Source: a virus (taxonomy: Duplodnaviria; Caudoviricetes). From it: 64,000 bases of DNA. Below, piece by piece: positions 1 through 9,810 of the stretch. The position numbers and the translations under genes were made by a program. The stretch spans positions 15,279 through 79,278 of the IMG/VR virus record IMGVR_UViG_3300031965_000009. One strand, written 5' to 3'. Each line of letters opens with the position of its first letter. Positions within the stretch are counted from its first letter, which is position 1. Under the pieces are notes generated by a model. That model saw nothing but the letters and a program-made list of their open reading frames with translations. It made no database searches and was not told the DNA's origin.

Positions 1-682
1 GTCTGGTTGACTTGGCGTCAGTCATTTCCTGGCCGTTATTGTAGCCGTACACGAGCGAGCGGGACGTGCTCTCGATATTTGCGGGGACGATAAGGTTGCG
101 CATGACATTGACGGCAGACGCCTTGCTGTCAATAGCCGCTCTGCTATCTCTGCCATCTTCCGTCGTGCTTGTGACATGACTGACATAGTAGTTTACTCTT
201 CTTCGGGCGGCGGACAATTCTTCTAATCTTGCGTTAATGTCTATATCATTCTCATACACCACCCTGCCGTCATCATACACGCTCATCTCGTGCTCGTAGG
301 GCCATTCGGTACCATCAGGTGACTTGATCACCCAGTTGTTTATTGACCAGCCATCAGGCAACATGTACTTACCGATGGCCCATTCATGCCATGGCAGCAT
401 GTTCGTGGCGAACAGACGAACAAAGCCGTCTGCCTTGCCGCCAATGTATTCATTGGCAGAGAAGAACATGCGGCATTCGTCAGGCAGGCGACACCCGGTC
501 TTGACCCAGGCCACGAACGGGTAGTCGGGCCCATGCGGGCAACCATGGCCAGGCTCTGGGGCAAGCAGGAATTCTACCACCTCGTCGTTCGGCACGCCAG
601 ACTTCATCTCGACTAATCTATGCCCTTCTTTCTGGCATAGCGTATCAGTTAATTCTTTCAGTGGGTTTGTGTTGTTAAACAT
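1..682 (-). CDS. hypothetical protein, runs off the left edge of the window (absent from the ORF track)
   Basis: Read manually: ATG at 682 preceded by AAAGGAGA; frame stays open to position 2 (MFNNTNPLKELTDTLCQKEGHRLVEM...). Confidence 0.7.
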   Translation of the reverse strand, partial: MFNNTNPLKELTDTLCQKEGHRLVEMKSGVPNDEVVEFLLAPEPGHGCPHGPDYPFVAWVKTGCRLPDECRMFFSANEYIGGKADGFVRLFATNMLPWHEWAIGKYMLPDGWSINNWVIKSPDGTEWPYEHEMSVYDDGRVVYENDIDINARLEELSAARRRVNYYVSHVTSTTEDGRDSRAAIDSKASAVNVMRNLIVPANIESTSRSLVYGYNNGQEMTDAKSTR

Positions 683-2159
683 GTGCATTATCTCCTTTAC
701 TAATAACATTTGTCAATATACTTGCGGGAACGACATAGAGTTCCTCGCTTCCACCCCTCTTTATACAAACCGTCTCCTTCTCTTTGCTGACGACCAGATA
801 CTCCGAGCGTGGCGTGCCCTGCGATACATGGGTCGGAAGAAGCATGACCACATCGCCCACCGCCAGGTTGCCTTCATACTCCTGCACATTGGTCAGGTCG
901 TCAGGTGACATGTAAACAAACTCGCCTGATTCTATGAACGCCACCAATGCCCACCCTTCATCAATCATCTCGATGGTTGCAACCTGTCCGTCAATAGTGA
1001 TGCGCGTGCTATCTACCAGTGATTGTATAACTTCGGGCTGGTGATAGGAACACATTTCAGCACAGAAGGCGCAGAAGTAATAACCATTCAGCACCTCCCA
1101 TTCACTGTTTATCTGATTCATGCAGTTCGGGCAGGACACACCATGGTCAATATCGCTCACCCATGCGGCAATGTCCACAGGTAAGCCATATTCGTCCGTC
1201 ACCACCCACATGTCCCGGCGGGGGACAAAATCCAACATGCCAATGACAGCCATATTGTCTGGCCTGTCCTTGGCCGACATGACCACAAGATCGCCCTGTC
1301 GATACTTCTTGCTGATCTGATCCGGGTAATATATGGTTGTGGCCGATGTTTGCCAGGGGTCATCACGACGCTGGTAACTCCACGAAGAAGCAGCAGGGAC
1401 GTGCTCGTAGCGCACATCTTTGTGCTCGGCATAGAAGTCCCTGAATAACTTCATGGCCCTGACCCATTCGCTAATGACGAACCATGCTTTTCTTGAGTGC
1501 CCGTTCTGGTAGCCGATGGCAATGTTCATAGCTTTAACATTGGTCTGCTTCTGGAACTCAATGGCCGATATGTCAGTGAACGAGCCATGCCCTGGTTTCT
1601 TGAATCCTGCCTTGACGAGCGTTTCGTTCCATGTCTTGTCATTGCTACCGTAGGCATAGGTAACGACATCATTTTCTCCGCAATCGCTCGACCCGGCCCT
1701 GTCAAACTCCACGCACCAGCCATACTCCTTGCCGTCGTTTACCCAGTCCTTTGCGGTGCTCTTACCTGTCTCCTCACCTTCGGTCAGCAGCCAATCAACA
1801 TCAATGCCCCACTCTTCCTTGAGCAGGAACATGGTGATGAGGCCCAGCCTGTCGTCAACTGTCGGCATCTTGATGATTTGCCTTCCATGCTCGTCCAGGC
1901 CACTGTTCCAGTGGAACCCCTTGCGGGGGGAGAGAACCGTGTCAAGGTGGCAGACCATGAGCACCTTGCTTTCTGCCTTCCCTGGGATAAAGATATGCCT
2001 GCCATTCTTGCCTGTTCGGGTGTACTCCTTGAACATGTAATTAAAGAAGTAATTCTCGCCACGAGAGGCAAGCTTGATTATCTGCTTGTAATACTTGGCG
2101 AGGAGGTTCTTACCCGTCTCCTCACCTTCTTCGTCAATCTCGATTTTAAGTTTATTCAT
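675..2159 (-). CDS. M28/M20-like Zn metallopeptidase domain protein with C-terminal Zn-ribbon and SH3/Tudor-like segments
   Basis: Metal-ligand motifs CHLDTV, VDDRLG, EGEETG, VEFDR, GSFTDI, NIAIGYQNGH; C-terminal CPNC..CAFC. Start moved to ATG 2159, overlapping the stop of the upstream gene. Confidence 0.8.
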   Translation of the reverse strand: MNKLKIEIDEEGEETGKNLLAKYYKQIIKLASRGENYFFNYMFKEYTRTGKNGRHIFIPGKAESKVLMVCHLDTVLSPRKGFHWNSGLDEHGRQIIKMPTVDDRLGLITMFLLKEEWGIDVDWLLTEGEETGKSTAKDWVNDGKEYGWCVEFDRAGSSDCGENDVVTYAYGSNDKTWNETLVKAGFKKPGHGSFTDISAIEFQKQTNVKAMNIAIGYQNGHSRKAWFVISEWVRAMKLFRDFYAEHKDVRYEHVPAASSWSYQRRDDPWQTSATTIYYPDQISKKYRQGDLVVMSAKDRPDNMAVIGMLDFVPRRDMWVVTDEYGLPVDIAAWVSDIDHGVSCPNCMNQINSEWEVLNGYYFCAFCAEMCSYHQPEVIQSLVDSTRITIDGQVATIEMIDEGWALVAFIESGEFVYMSPDDLTNVQEYEGNLAVGDVVMLLPTHVSQGTPRSEYLVVSKEKETVCIKRGGSEELYVVPASILTNVISKGDNAHV

Positions 2160-3153
2160 TCCGGCACACCTCGCATTCACATTTCCATGCCCCCTCAGAC
2201 AATCTACCACATTTGTGTGGCGTGGCGCTATTGCTAACGCATCTGTCACAGTACCACCTGTTGCTACCGTGGATATAGAACATCTTGTAGCTCTCGTTCC
2301 AGTTATCGCATGAAGAACATCTATCCCCGCATTGAGGGCAAAGACTTCGCCCATCCTCCCCACTTTCGAGGATGAATTTCTTTTGACAGATAGAACAGGT
2401 ATAATGCTTGACCTTATTGACCAGCTTAAGCGAAATGGACACCTTGTGCTTCTCTCCGGCTCTACCGATGGCCCAGGGCGTGGACTCGTTCAGGTACAGC
2501 AGGCTTGACTGGCTTATATTCTCAAGCTTGTATAGCTCAGTCCTTTCCCCCATGCGTGCAAACGCCTCAACCAGCACGGCCCCAAACTTCTCGCCATTAC
2601 CACCAAGACCGTAGTAATTGAACAGCATGATGTCCGTGCCTTTGTGGATGGGCAGGAGAAAGGCTCTGGCATCGCCCTTGAGCGTGCCATAGAAAGCATT
2701 GTTTGGCCCACCGCCAGGAGCAAACAGGCGCAACGTCTTACCACCCATTCTCCGCATGTTTTCGGGGTGGTGGAAGTAACTATTACGTAGGCAACTCCCC
2801 TTCTTGCGGAAGCTCCCTTCCGGCCACGTCATGATTTGGGAGGTGATGTCAAACCTGATAACATTGGCCGGAGTGCTATTTGCTTCGGCTAACAAACCGA
2901 TCTTTTCCAGCTTGTCCCTGCCAACCTTTTCGCCAGTCCATGCCCCTGCCCAGTCTGCCAACCTGGTGGTAAACTTGCCATTTGGGGTGACAAGCCGCCG
3001 GTCAAAGCCTGTCGGCAGTTCAGATGGGGGCATGTTTAGCACCGCCGACACCTCGCTCATGCCCCGTTCCGTGACAAGTCTATCCCCATCGCTCTCGATA
3101 GTGACAAGCGTGTCCTCGCCATAGTAACCTATAAGCTTTTCCAATAACATCAT
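2152..3153 (-). CDS. hypothetical protein with Cys-rich C-terminal Zn-finger array
   Basis: 333 aa ORF with AGGAGA SD; several CxxC pairs (CSIC, CPQC, CSSC, CDRC, CECEVC). Confidence 0.7.
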   Translation of the reverse strand: MMLLEKLIGYYGEDTLVTIESDGDRLVTERGMSEVSAVLNMPPSELPTGFDRRLVTPNGKFTTRLADWAGAWTGEKVGRDKLEKIGLLAEANSTPANVIRFDITSQIMTWPEGSFRKKGSCLRNSYFHHPENMRRMGGKTLRLFAPGGGPNNAFYGTLKGDARAFLLPIHKGTDIMLFNYYGLGGNGEKFGAVLVEAFARMGERTELYKLENISQSSLLYLNESTPWAIGRAGEKHKVSISLKLVNKVKHYTCSICQKKFILESGEDGRSLCPQCGDRCSSCDNWNESYKMFYIHGSNRWYCDRCVSNSATPHKCGRLSEGAWKCECEVCRNE

Positions 3154-3509
3154 TCATTCTCCTCTGAACATGTATCACGTATAATGTTTCTTGCTTCCTG
3201 CCCCTTGCTGGAACAAGAAATGATAAACGCCTGTGGCATGCGCACTACCTGCGCATGCTTCTTGACCATGTCTTCGTAAACATATGCTTTCAGAAGCATT
3301 TCTCTGACCGTCTTGTCCGTACCTGGGCAAACAGTTTGTATGTTTACTACGTCAAGGGCGTATTGCAATCTTGCCCTCTCTAACTCTGCCGCCAGCAGTT
3401 CGCTGGCAGACAGAGGTGATAGCATCAAGCCTGTCTGCGATACCAGTAAATCATTTACAGCCTGACGCTGGTCATGATATGGCTTGATATAATTTGTATA
3501 TATACTCAT
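3150..3509 (-). CDS. hypothetical protein
   Basis: ORF coupled to neighbour; SD-like GAGGA upstream. Confidence 0.6.
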   Translation of the reverse strand: MSIYTNYIKPYHDQRQAVNDLLVSQTGLMLSPLSASELLAAELERARLQYALDVVNIQTVCPGTDKTVREMLLKAYVYEDMVKKHAQVVRMPQAFIISCSSKGQEARNIIRDTCSEENE

Positions 3510-3637
3510 AATGTTTCCTCATTCCCCGCATGGGGTTCTAGTAACGACAATAAGATACTGATTACTTGTTTCTCTCACCTCCTGGTTGCTACTGTTACAT
3601 GCCACCAGCACAGCCAGCATGACGATGAGCATGACCT

Positions 3638-3922
3638 TTATCTTCGCCATGTCAACCTCGCAAGCCATGCGCCGGCCAGTCCAGCGGCAACGATAACTGG
3701 TAGAAGGGACGGGGAGAGGACTAACGAATACCCCATAATTAGGGCAAGGATATACGTTGCCAGCACGGCCATGCCCTCACCGTCGTCATCCCAAAGCATG
3801 GTAAACATCATGATCAATGAAGCCAGCAACCACATGATGCCCCATGAATTGTTAAGCTCATACATGGCCGCTGTGCCGAAGGCCATGATAATCATTGGTT
3901 GAATGAACCATCTTGTATTCAT
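3638..3922 (-). CDS. small multi-pass membrane protein
   Basis: Mostly hydrophobic 94 aa ORF; ATGA-type overlap with upstream gene. Confidence 0.6.
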   Translation of the reverse strand: MNTRWFIQPMIIMAFGTAAMYELNNSWGIMWLLASLIMMFTMLWDDDGEGMAVLATYILALIMGYSLVLSPSLLPVIVAAGLAGAWLARLTWRR

Positions 3923-4104
3923 GCTTCCGGCCCTCCATTGCTAATACCACGGAATAACCTGGCATTGGTGCGCATGCTTGCTCGTGCTACCATGCCCATG
4001 ACCTTGTAGAAAATTAACAAGGCTATGATCATGGCCACAAGGTTAATGCCTATCATGGCAAGCATGTATAGGATAACAGATAGTAAAGTAATTGTTACAG
4101 TCAT
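3919..4104 (-). CDS. small membrane protein
   Basis: Hydrophobic N-terminal half; GGAGG SD. Confidence 0.55.
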   Translation of the reverse strand: MTVTITLLSVILYMLAMIGINLVAMIIALLIFYKVMGMVARASMRTNARLFRGISNGGPEA

Positions 4105-4426
4105 TGTCTAACCTCCATAAAAGATATACTGGTTACCGGCTATGAGATACAGCAAGCCAATAACTCTTAGTTTGAATTCACGCTCCTTGTCTTTTTCTGC
4201 AATACTCCCAAGAGTATTCAGAAGAGACAAGACTAGCAGGGCAATACCAAGAACATCAAACACTGTTTCCATTCTACATTTCTCCTTTAACTAATGCCCA
4301 TGCTCAATGCGCAGAGCATGCAAGGCAATCTCCAATAAGACAGGCAACCACGGCCACTCCTCTCCCATGTAATACCTGGCCTGCATGTACAGCAGGCTAA
4401 GATTAAACAGCATGTCACACCTCCAT

Positions 4427-4846
4427 TCAACCGGTACAGGACGGGCACTTGCATGTACCCCATGCCGCGCCATTAAAATACATCTTATGCTTTTGACTCA
4501 CGACAAACTCGAGGCTATTCAGTTTTGGCTGGTTCCAGAACTTAATGCCGAGTGGTAGTAATCTTGCTATAGCCCCGACCTCAATCATGATGTTGGCAGG
4601 TATAATTATTACAGATGTGACATCTTCACCTGCTTGGAACCACCAATCTTCAACGCTCACCATCTCACTGGATAACAGTCTTAGCACCACACCAAGCAGG
4701 ACTTGCTCCATGTCGCTGACAGGTACGCGACGCTTGCGTTCAAGGCCGTACAGTCTTTCAACCTGCTTCACGCTTTCTTGTTCCAGGTCAACTACACTCA
4801 AACCATCAAACGATACTTTCATTTCAACCTCCGTTATGCTAAACAT
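4427..4846 (-). CDS. hypothetical protein
   Basis: ORF in a contiguous minus-strand operon. Confidence 0.55.
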   Translation of the reverse strand: MFSITEVEMKVSFDGLSVVDLEQESVKQVERLYGLERKRRVPVSDMEQVLLGVVLRLLSSEMVSVEDWWFQAGEDVTSVIIIPANIMIEVGAIARLLPLGIKFWNQPKLNSLEFVVSQKHKMYFNGAAWGTCKCPSCTG

Positions 4847-4858
4847 ATTGTATGCACG

Positions 4859-5215
4859 TTAAACTCTTGGGGCATTTTCAAACATGCACTTATTGTTATT
4901 TAAGACCTGCACTACTTCTCTGCACACATTATAAAACCCACCTCCTTCTATGCCGAACTCGCTCATATACTGTCTTAAGACTTCTCGGCTCCACCCCTCG
5001 TTGCTATTAAACCACACGAGTAATGATGAATGCTTAGCCGCTCCCCTTTCTGGTCTTATACCAACCAACCTGTATTCACCACTGTTCATTATCTCTTCAA
5101 GCATGTCCTTGCTGAAGCAATATCCAGTTTCGCATGGCCCAAGAAAGCGCATGTCTTTGCATGGTACGATAAGCTCGTACTCGTCATACCTTTTGCCAGT
5201 CTTTATAATGCTCAT
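4859..5215 (-). CDS. hypothetical protein
   Basis: ATGA overlap with upstream gene; operon context. Confidence 0.6.
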   Translation of the reverse strand: MSIIKTGKRYDEYELIVPCKDMRFLGPCETGYCFSKDMLEEIMNSGEYRLVGIRPERGAAKHSSLLVWFNSNEGWSREVLRQYMSEFGIEGGGFYNVCREVVQVLNNNKCMFENAPRV

Positions 5216-5469
5216 GTTTCACCCCCTTGCTCGTACCAGCCTGTTTCCTTCAATGCCTGGAATAGGTCAGGGAATTCATGCTCTCCGGCTGCTTGCATGG
5301 CAAGCTCTTGGTCGCCCAGCGACCCAGATTTTTGACGCAGATATGGCCCTATTTCTTCTGCCTCTAGCCAGCGATTATACTGCCTGGGCTTCATGCCGCA
5401 TGTGTGCTTGATGATATTCCCCTTTGGTACACGCCGCTGATTTCTATTGAGCTTGATGTACTTCGTCAT
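5212..5469 (-). CDS. hypothetical protein (N-terminus resembles 12663..12851)
   Basis: GGAGG SD, coupled start; shares I.L.RNQ.R.P motif. Confidence 0.6.
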   Translation of the reverse strand: MTKYIKLNRNQRRVPKGNIIKHTCGMKPRQYNRWLEAEEIGPYLRQKSGSLGDQELAMQAAGEHEFPDLFQALKETGWYEQGGET

Positions 5470-6029
5470 GCTTTTCCTCCATAGTACATTTCTTTATACA
5501 GGAAATGCGCCATTCCAAGCGCTAGCACTGGGTCGGCATGGACAAGCTCGGTGATGTCATACCTACTTGCGTCAGGTACAAGCACCTGGAACATGACATC
5601 CTGTTCAAGCCCGACGACTACTATGGGCATACACTGTGGTATGGCAAACTTCACCACACCATCATTTGTCCATGTAATGCTATTCATGTACACGGCCAGA
5701 TATGGCTCGGGTATCTTGCGCCACAAAGCATGGCGCATGTCTTCCCGGCTAAGTTCTTTCTGCTTGTTCCTGGCACGGGCATACTCATGCGTCAGGTATA
5801 TGCGCTCTGCTGTCGCCAGCGGCGAGGGGTCATGCTTGCTCGACATGACGCATGTGTCTGCGACAGGCTCAAGGAATCTCCCGGTCGTGATAGCGACGAT
5901 TTCGCCGTTGTCAAACATAACCATTGTTAATTTTCCACTCCCAAAGCCCACGCTGAGGACCGTGCATGTCATGCCATAGTATTTACTGCCTGGGTTTGTA
6001 TACGTATATCTATCCCCAATCTTCATCAT
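5466..6029 (-). CDS. hypothetical protein with N-terminal KOW/SH3-like segment
   Basis: KIGDRYTY...YGMTCTV pattern; GGAGG SD. Confidence 0.55.
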   Translation of the reverse strand: MMKIGDRYTYTNPGSKYYGMTCTVLSVGFGSGKLTMVMFDNGEIVAITTGRFLEPVADTCVMSSKHDPSPLATAERIYLTHEYARARNKQKELSREDMRHALWRKIPEPYLAVYMNSITWTNDGVVKFAIPQCMPIVVVGLEQDVMFQVLVPDASRYDITELVHADPVLALGMAHFLYKEMYYGGKA

Positions 6030-6280
6030 TCACCTCCTAAACAATCTAATGCCACGCCATCATGTGTATTGGCCACATAGCACACCACATCACCATCCGT
6101 AAACCTGTTGACATCAACACCGCCGTCGGGATTGTTTATGTGATATATTGGCGGCGTTGTATCAATGTCGCTACCCGATCCCCAACTATCAAGCCCAATG
6201 ACCGCAAATGCCAACACAACGAAAGCCAACACAACTATGACCACTATTATCAAGACACCCACCAAATCCTCTGTATCCAT
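6026..6280 (-). CDS. membrane-anchored hypothetical protein
   Basis: N-terminal hydrophobic helix; AAGGAGAATGAC-ATG start. Confidence 0.6.
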   Translation of the reverse strand: MDTEDLVGVLIIVVIVVLAFVVLAFAVIGLDSWGSGSDIDTTPPIYHINNPDGGVDVNRFTDGDVVCYVANTHDGVALDCLGGE

Positions 6281-6281
6281 G

Positions 6282-6509
6282 TCATTCTCCTTTCCTGTTT
6301 ACCAGGTAAATATCGGCTAGTAGTTCAAGCACAGGCTCATGCACTAGCTCTCGCAATTCATCAAAGCTCACGCCAGGCGAGACATGTATCCTTGCCCGGC
6401 TAGGGTGGCCTGGCAGGTACACGGTTACATGCCCCTGCTCCTCGTCAATGTCCCATGCAAATTCGCCTGACAGCAGGTCGTCGAGCATGTCTGTTATGCT
6501 ACTTACCAT
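6282..6509 (-). CDS. hypothetical protein
   Basis: ORF in operon context. Confidence 0.55.
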   Translation of the reverse strand: MVSSITDMLDDLLSGEFAWDIDEEQGHVTVYLPGHPSRARIHVSPGVSFDELRELVHEPVLELLADIYLVNRKGE

Positions 6510-6811
6510 GTTCCACCCCCATAGTTAGCAGCCCGGCCACTACCATGATAATGACCAGTAGTGCCAATGATTCCCCTGCTCCAATGAATGCAAGAAACAG
6601 GGACAATATAAGAACAAAGAACATGAATATAATCCATGCTACATACGGGTTCTTTCTTTTGTTCATGTTTTTCTCCTTAAACTAAGACATGTTCATGACC
6701 AGTCAACAAACCCGAACATGACGCCCAAAAACACGAAGAACATGAGCAGGACAAACAAGCCTGCGCATACAATTTGCCAATCATTCATCATTATTTCTCC
6801 TTACTAACATG

Positions 6812-6868
6812 TAAATAAAAACATGAGCCATGCCTGATTAGCGTCGGAAAGGGTAGGCATGGCTCATG
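6812..6868 (-). terminator. intrinsic terminator
   Basis: Perfect 14-bp inverted repeat CATGAGCCATGCCT (6822-6835) / AGGCATGGCTCATG (6855-6868), followed on the minus strand by TTTTTATTT. Confidence 0.65.
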
Positions 6869-6930
6869 AATCACGACGCAGGCCCTTGAGTACCAGACAT
6901 GTCAGCATGTTAAGGTACACCTGCGGCGCA

Positions 6931-6976
6931 TGGGGCATGGAGGGGATTTGAACCCCTCGCTATTCCTGTCGTGCCC
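6931..6976 (-). ncRNA. tRNA-like remnant (T-arm plus partial acceptor stem only; not a complete tRNA)
   Basis: Minus strand GGGCACGACAGGAATAGCG-AGGGG-TTCAAAT-CCCCT-CCATGCCCCA: canonical T-loop and 3' CCA, but no D or anticodon arm. Confidence 0.4.
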
Positions 6977-6978
6977 GT

Positions 6979-7368
6979 TTATAACTCTTCGCTAATGGTA
7001 AGCTGCTCCGATACTATCTTTACTTCATGTCCGTAATACCCATTATGTGCATTGTATGCAGCAAACTGCAATACCCCAATGTTGGTTTCAATGTCTACGA
7101 ATATCGTGTTAATAAACTCATCATCATCCGGGACGATGGGAAGTTTTGAATAGTCAGCGGCAACTCTTTTGATGGCAAGTACCTTTGCCCCGACGAAATC
7201 ATTGGTGTTGTCATTTGTTGTCATGTAACCCCACTCCTCGCAACAAAGCTGGAAACTCTCCACCAGGAATTTTATTACTTGCTTACTCGTGGTTATTGCA
7301 TACCCACTAAGCCCGTCAAAACCACTGCCCTCCTCAATTTCTTCTATGCTCAATATGTGTTCTGTCAT
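6979..7368 (-). CDS. conserved-looking phage hypothetical protein
   Basis: AGGAGAAATGAC-ATG start; C-terminal YNAHNGYYGH motif of a type common in phage proteins. Confidence 0.65.
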   Translation of the reverse strand: MTEHILSIEEIEEGSGFDGLSGYAITTSKQVIKFLVESFQLCCEEWGYMTTNDNTNDFVGAKVLAIKRVAADYSKLPIVPDDDEFINTIFVDIETNIGVLQFAAYNAHNGYYGHEVKIVSEQLTISEEL

Positions 7369-7512
7369 GTCATTTCTCCTTAAAGCTATTCCCTGTCTTA
7401 AAAGTAAAAGATGGACAGGATAAATAATAAAAGCATTAAGAGCATGAACATGCTCAGGTAAACATGCTCTTTCTTTTTCTTCTTTCTGTTAATCATGTTC
7501 ACGCTCATGACG

Positions 7513-7830
7513 TTAAAGCATGTACGAAAGTAGCACGACAATGCCAATAGCCATGCCAACCAAAACTAACAATTCTAATCTCTTGTACTTCCACAGCCAT
7601 GACATGAAATCATGAATAAAAAACCATGCATCCAAGGCTGGATCAACGAGCGCAACAAGCAGCGCACCGATCACCACCACCCCAGCCGTTGCGAGGATTG
7701 GTGAGATCACTAACCACCATGACCATTCAATGATCCCCAAAAGTTTGAATGCAATAAACATTAGTTGCAACCAATCTGTAAAGCCCATGCCCTTACCCCC
7801 GCCAATTGTTATTATTTTCTTGTCAGACAT
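7513..7830 (-). CDS. membrane protein
   Basis: LQLMFIAFKLLGIIEWSWWLVISP hydrophobic pattern; strong SD. Confidence 0.65.
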   Translation of the reverse strand: MSDKKIITIGGGKGMGFTDWLQLMFIAFKLLGIIEWSWWLVISPILATAGVVVIGALLVALVDPALDAWFFIHDFMSWLWKYKRLELLVLVGMAIGIVVLLSYML

Positions 7831-7894
7831 TTCATTTCTCCTTGTTCATGCTCATGCCAGGAAACAAGACATGAGCATGATATATAAAATAGAT

Positions 7895-8158
7895 TCATGC
7901 CACCCCGTACTGCCCTTTGGGCATGGGTACGACCTGGACATGCAGGATATCCTGCATGATGCCTTCCAACCAGGGGTCATGCTCGCCGACAAGCAAGACT
8001 GTGGCCTGCTTGTCTTGCCCTTCCTCGAACTTGGCCACATACCTATCGAGCATTTGCATGAAGGCAGTAATCCATGCCAGGGTTTGAGCCTCGGTCTTGG
8101 GCTTTGGGTCTGTGAAAACGAATGCTTCATATGTGAATAGTTTCTTTGACTCAGTCAT
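7895..8158 (-). CDS. hypothetical protein
   Basis: Coupled ORF with AGGAGG SD. Confidence 0.6.
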   Translation of the reverse strand: MTESKKLFTYEAFVFTDPKPKTEAQTLAWITAFMQMLDRYVAKFEEGQDKQATVLLVGEHDPWLEGIMQDILHVQVVPMPKGQYGVA

Positions 8159-8343
8159 GTTCTTTCCTCCTTAATATCATCCCGCTCGGTAAATAACGCA
8201 TCTGGAAATGACACAATCAATGACCCATTCTCGTCTAGGGCCACCTGCGTTGGCTCCCCTATGCCATCTGTCAGTGCCGTTACCATGCGCCATGCCCCTT
8301 CGGGCATGTCAAGCTGATTGACCTTTGTGCGTTTGCTGTTCAT
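8155..8343 (-). CDS. hypothetical protein; shares a motif with the C-terminus of 10922..11650
   Basis: EPTQVALDENGSLIVSFPD vs EPTQVIVESDGSLTMVFPD. Confidence 0.6.
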   Translation of the reverse strand: MNSKRTKVNQLDMPEGAWRMVTALTDGIGEPTQVALDENGSLIVSFPDALFTERDDIKEERT

Positions 8344-8902
8344 GTCCTTTCTCCATTCTCTTGTATATCTCGCACAGGAATTCCAAACTAATTACAAGGC
8401 TGGCATACTCGCCATCTGACGAATCAAATATCAGGCATGGCCCATCATGACCGGTAATGTGACATGTGGCATTGTTGAATTCAAGGTGATACTTGTTGCC
8501 ATATCCTCCACCATGACGCACGCCAGAAAGATACGAAGCTGTATCCATGCCCAATGTATATTTTATTCGCCTGTTCTTGACCCTACCTCTCTCGTTTTCG
8601 GGGAGGAGATAGCTGTCGCAAGCCATGAACTGTATGTTAATGCCAAAATAAAATCCTGGCCCCAGCTTGTTGCGTATTTCATCCTCTGTGGAACCATATG
8701 CCTCTTTTGCCTCGGCATAGGTTGTCTCTCCGGGCATTGTTGCATAGGCTTCGTGAGTATGGGCAATCTCCCCATCATACCAGTCTTCTTCTGTGATGTC
8801 TTTCCACTCCTCGGTAAAGCCTACTAATTCCTTGACCATTTTCATGGCGTCGTTCCATGCCTTGTCTGTATTCATATATCTTTCAACATATTCGCTAATC
8901 AT
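8309..8902 (-). CDS. hypothetical protein
   Basis: Start moved to ATG 8902 behind AAGGAGAAAG. Confidence 0.6.
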   Translation of the reverse strand: MISEYVERYMNTDKAWNDAMKMVKELVGFTEEWKDITEEDWYDGEIAHTHEAYATMPGETTYAEAKEAYGSTEDEIRNKLGPGFYFGINIQFMACDSYLLPENERGRVKNRRIKYTLGMDTASYLSGVRHGGGYGNKYHLEFNNATCHITGHDGPCLIFDSSDGEYASLVISLEFLCEIYKRMEKGHEQQTHKGQSA

Positions 8903-9140
8903 TGTCTTTCTCCTTATTAAATGCCTGTGTCCAAGCCCTGGATTTTCTGCGATCTTCAAGCAATTCATCTAACACTGTCTTGTCGTCAAGCGTAAGTTCG
9001 GCTACTGTGTACCTCCAATAATTCATCTCCTTTATGAACGATTGCGGTATGCTTTCGTCCGTGAATACACCAATAATCTCAGTCCCGTCACTCATGCCAC
9101 CGCTTGGCGAACCATCCTCATATAAGACATGTACTTTCAT
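8895..9140 (-). CDS. hypothetical protein
   Basis: AAGGAGAATGAATC-ATG start. Confidence 0.6.
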   Translation of the reverse strand: MKVHVLYEDGSPSGGMSDGTEIIGVFTDESIPQSFIKEMNYWRYTVAELTLDDKTVLDELLEDRRKSRAWTQAFNKEKDND

Positions 9141-9214
9141 GATTCATTCTCCTTAATATCATAAACCTTATATAGAAACATCGGCACATGCTTCATGCAC
9201 ATGCCGCCGTCATG

Positions 9215-9622
9215 TCAACCGATAAATGTTGCCCTAGCCGTCAGGTACTCGAATAACTCACTGACCTTGCCGTTCTTGACTATGAACGAGGTCTTTTCTT
9301 TCAAGCCTTGCGCCGTGCGCATGATAATGCTCATGCCCATGCGCCCGTCATCAAGCTGGCACACGTAGAAGAACTTGTTAGGCGTGCGCCATGAATTGCT
9401 TTGCCATTTCTGCGTCGGGCCATTGCTTTCCAGGCAATCATGTATGGCCTGAGCATCTGTTGTGTGCTTGACCACGCTATGCTCGCACCATGACACGGCC
9501 AGGCATTGCATTGCCCCGCTTGCTACCGGTAGGACGACAGCAAATATAAGAGCAAGCAGAATAATGACAACAACAACAGGGTTAAGAACAAGCCTAAACG
9601 GTGCAGACAGTATGTCAGTCAT
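9215..9622 (-). CDS. membrane-anchored or secreted hypothetical protein
   Basis: N-terminal hydrophobic helix followed by a Cys-containing soluble domain. Confidence 0.55.
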   Translation of the reverse strand: MTDILSAPFRLVLNPVVVVIILLALIFAVVLPVASGAMQCLAVSWCEHSVVKHTTDAQAIHDCLESNGPTQKWQSNSWRTPNKFFYVCQLDDGRMGMSIIMRTAQGLKEKTSFIVKNGKVSELFEYLTARATFIG

Positions 9623-9810
9623 GCCGTACACCTGTACCACCACTGTTCAAACATGCTGGCCTCTTCGACATGCTCTCCATCAATGCTGAACCCTTCGCCA
9701 CGGCGCATGAACAGCATGTAGCATGCCCATGCAATCACTAATACAATCAATAATACTTTAATCATTATCATTCTCCTTTATGCTAAACTATATCATGCCG
9801 CATGTACTTA

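Noticed and set aside
1497-2237. 246 aa plus-strand ORF
   Set aside because: It is antisense to the peptidase gene in a strictly minus-strand operon.
2160-2363. N-terminal extension of the peptidase ORF in the ORF track
   Set aside because: It overlaps the Cys-rich end of the upstream gene; the coupled ATG at 2159 is the better start.
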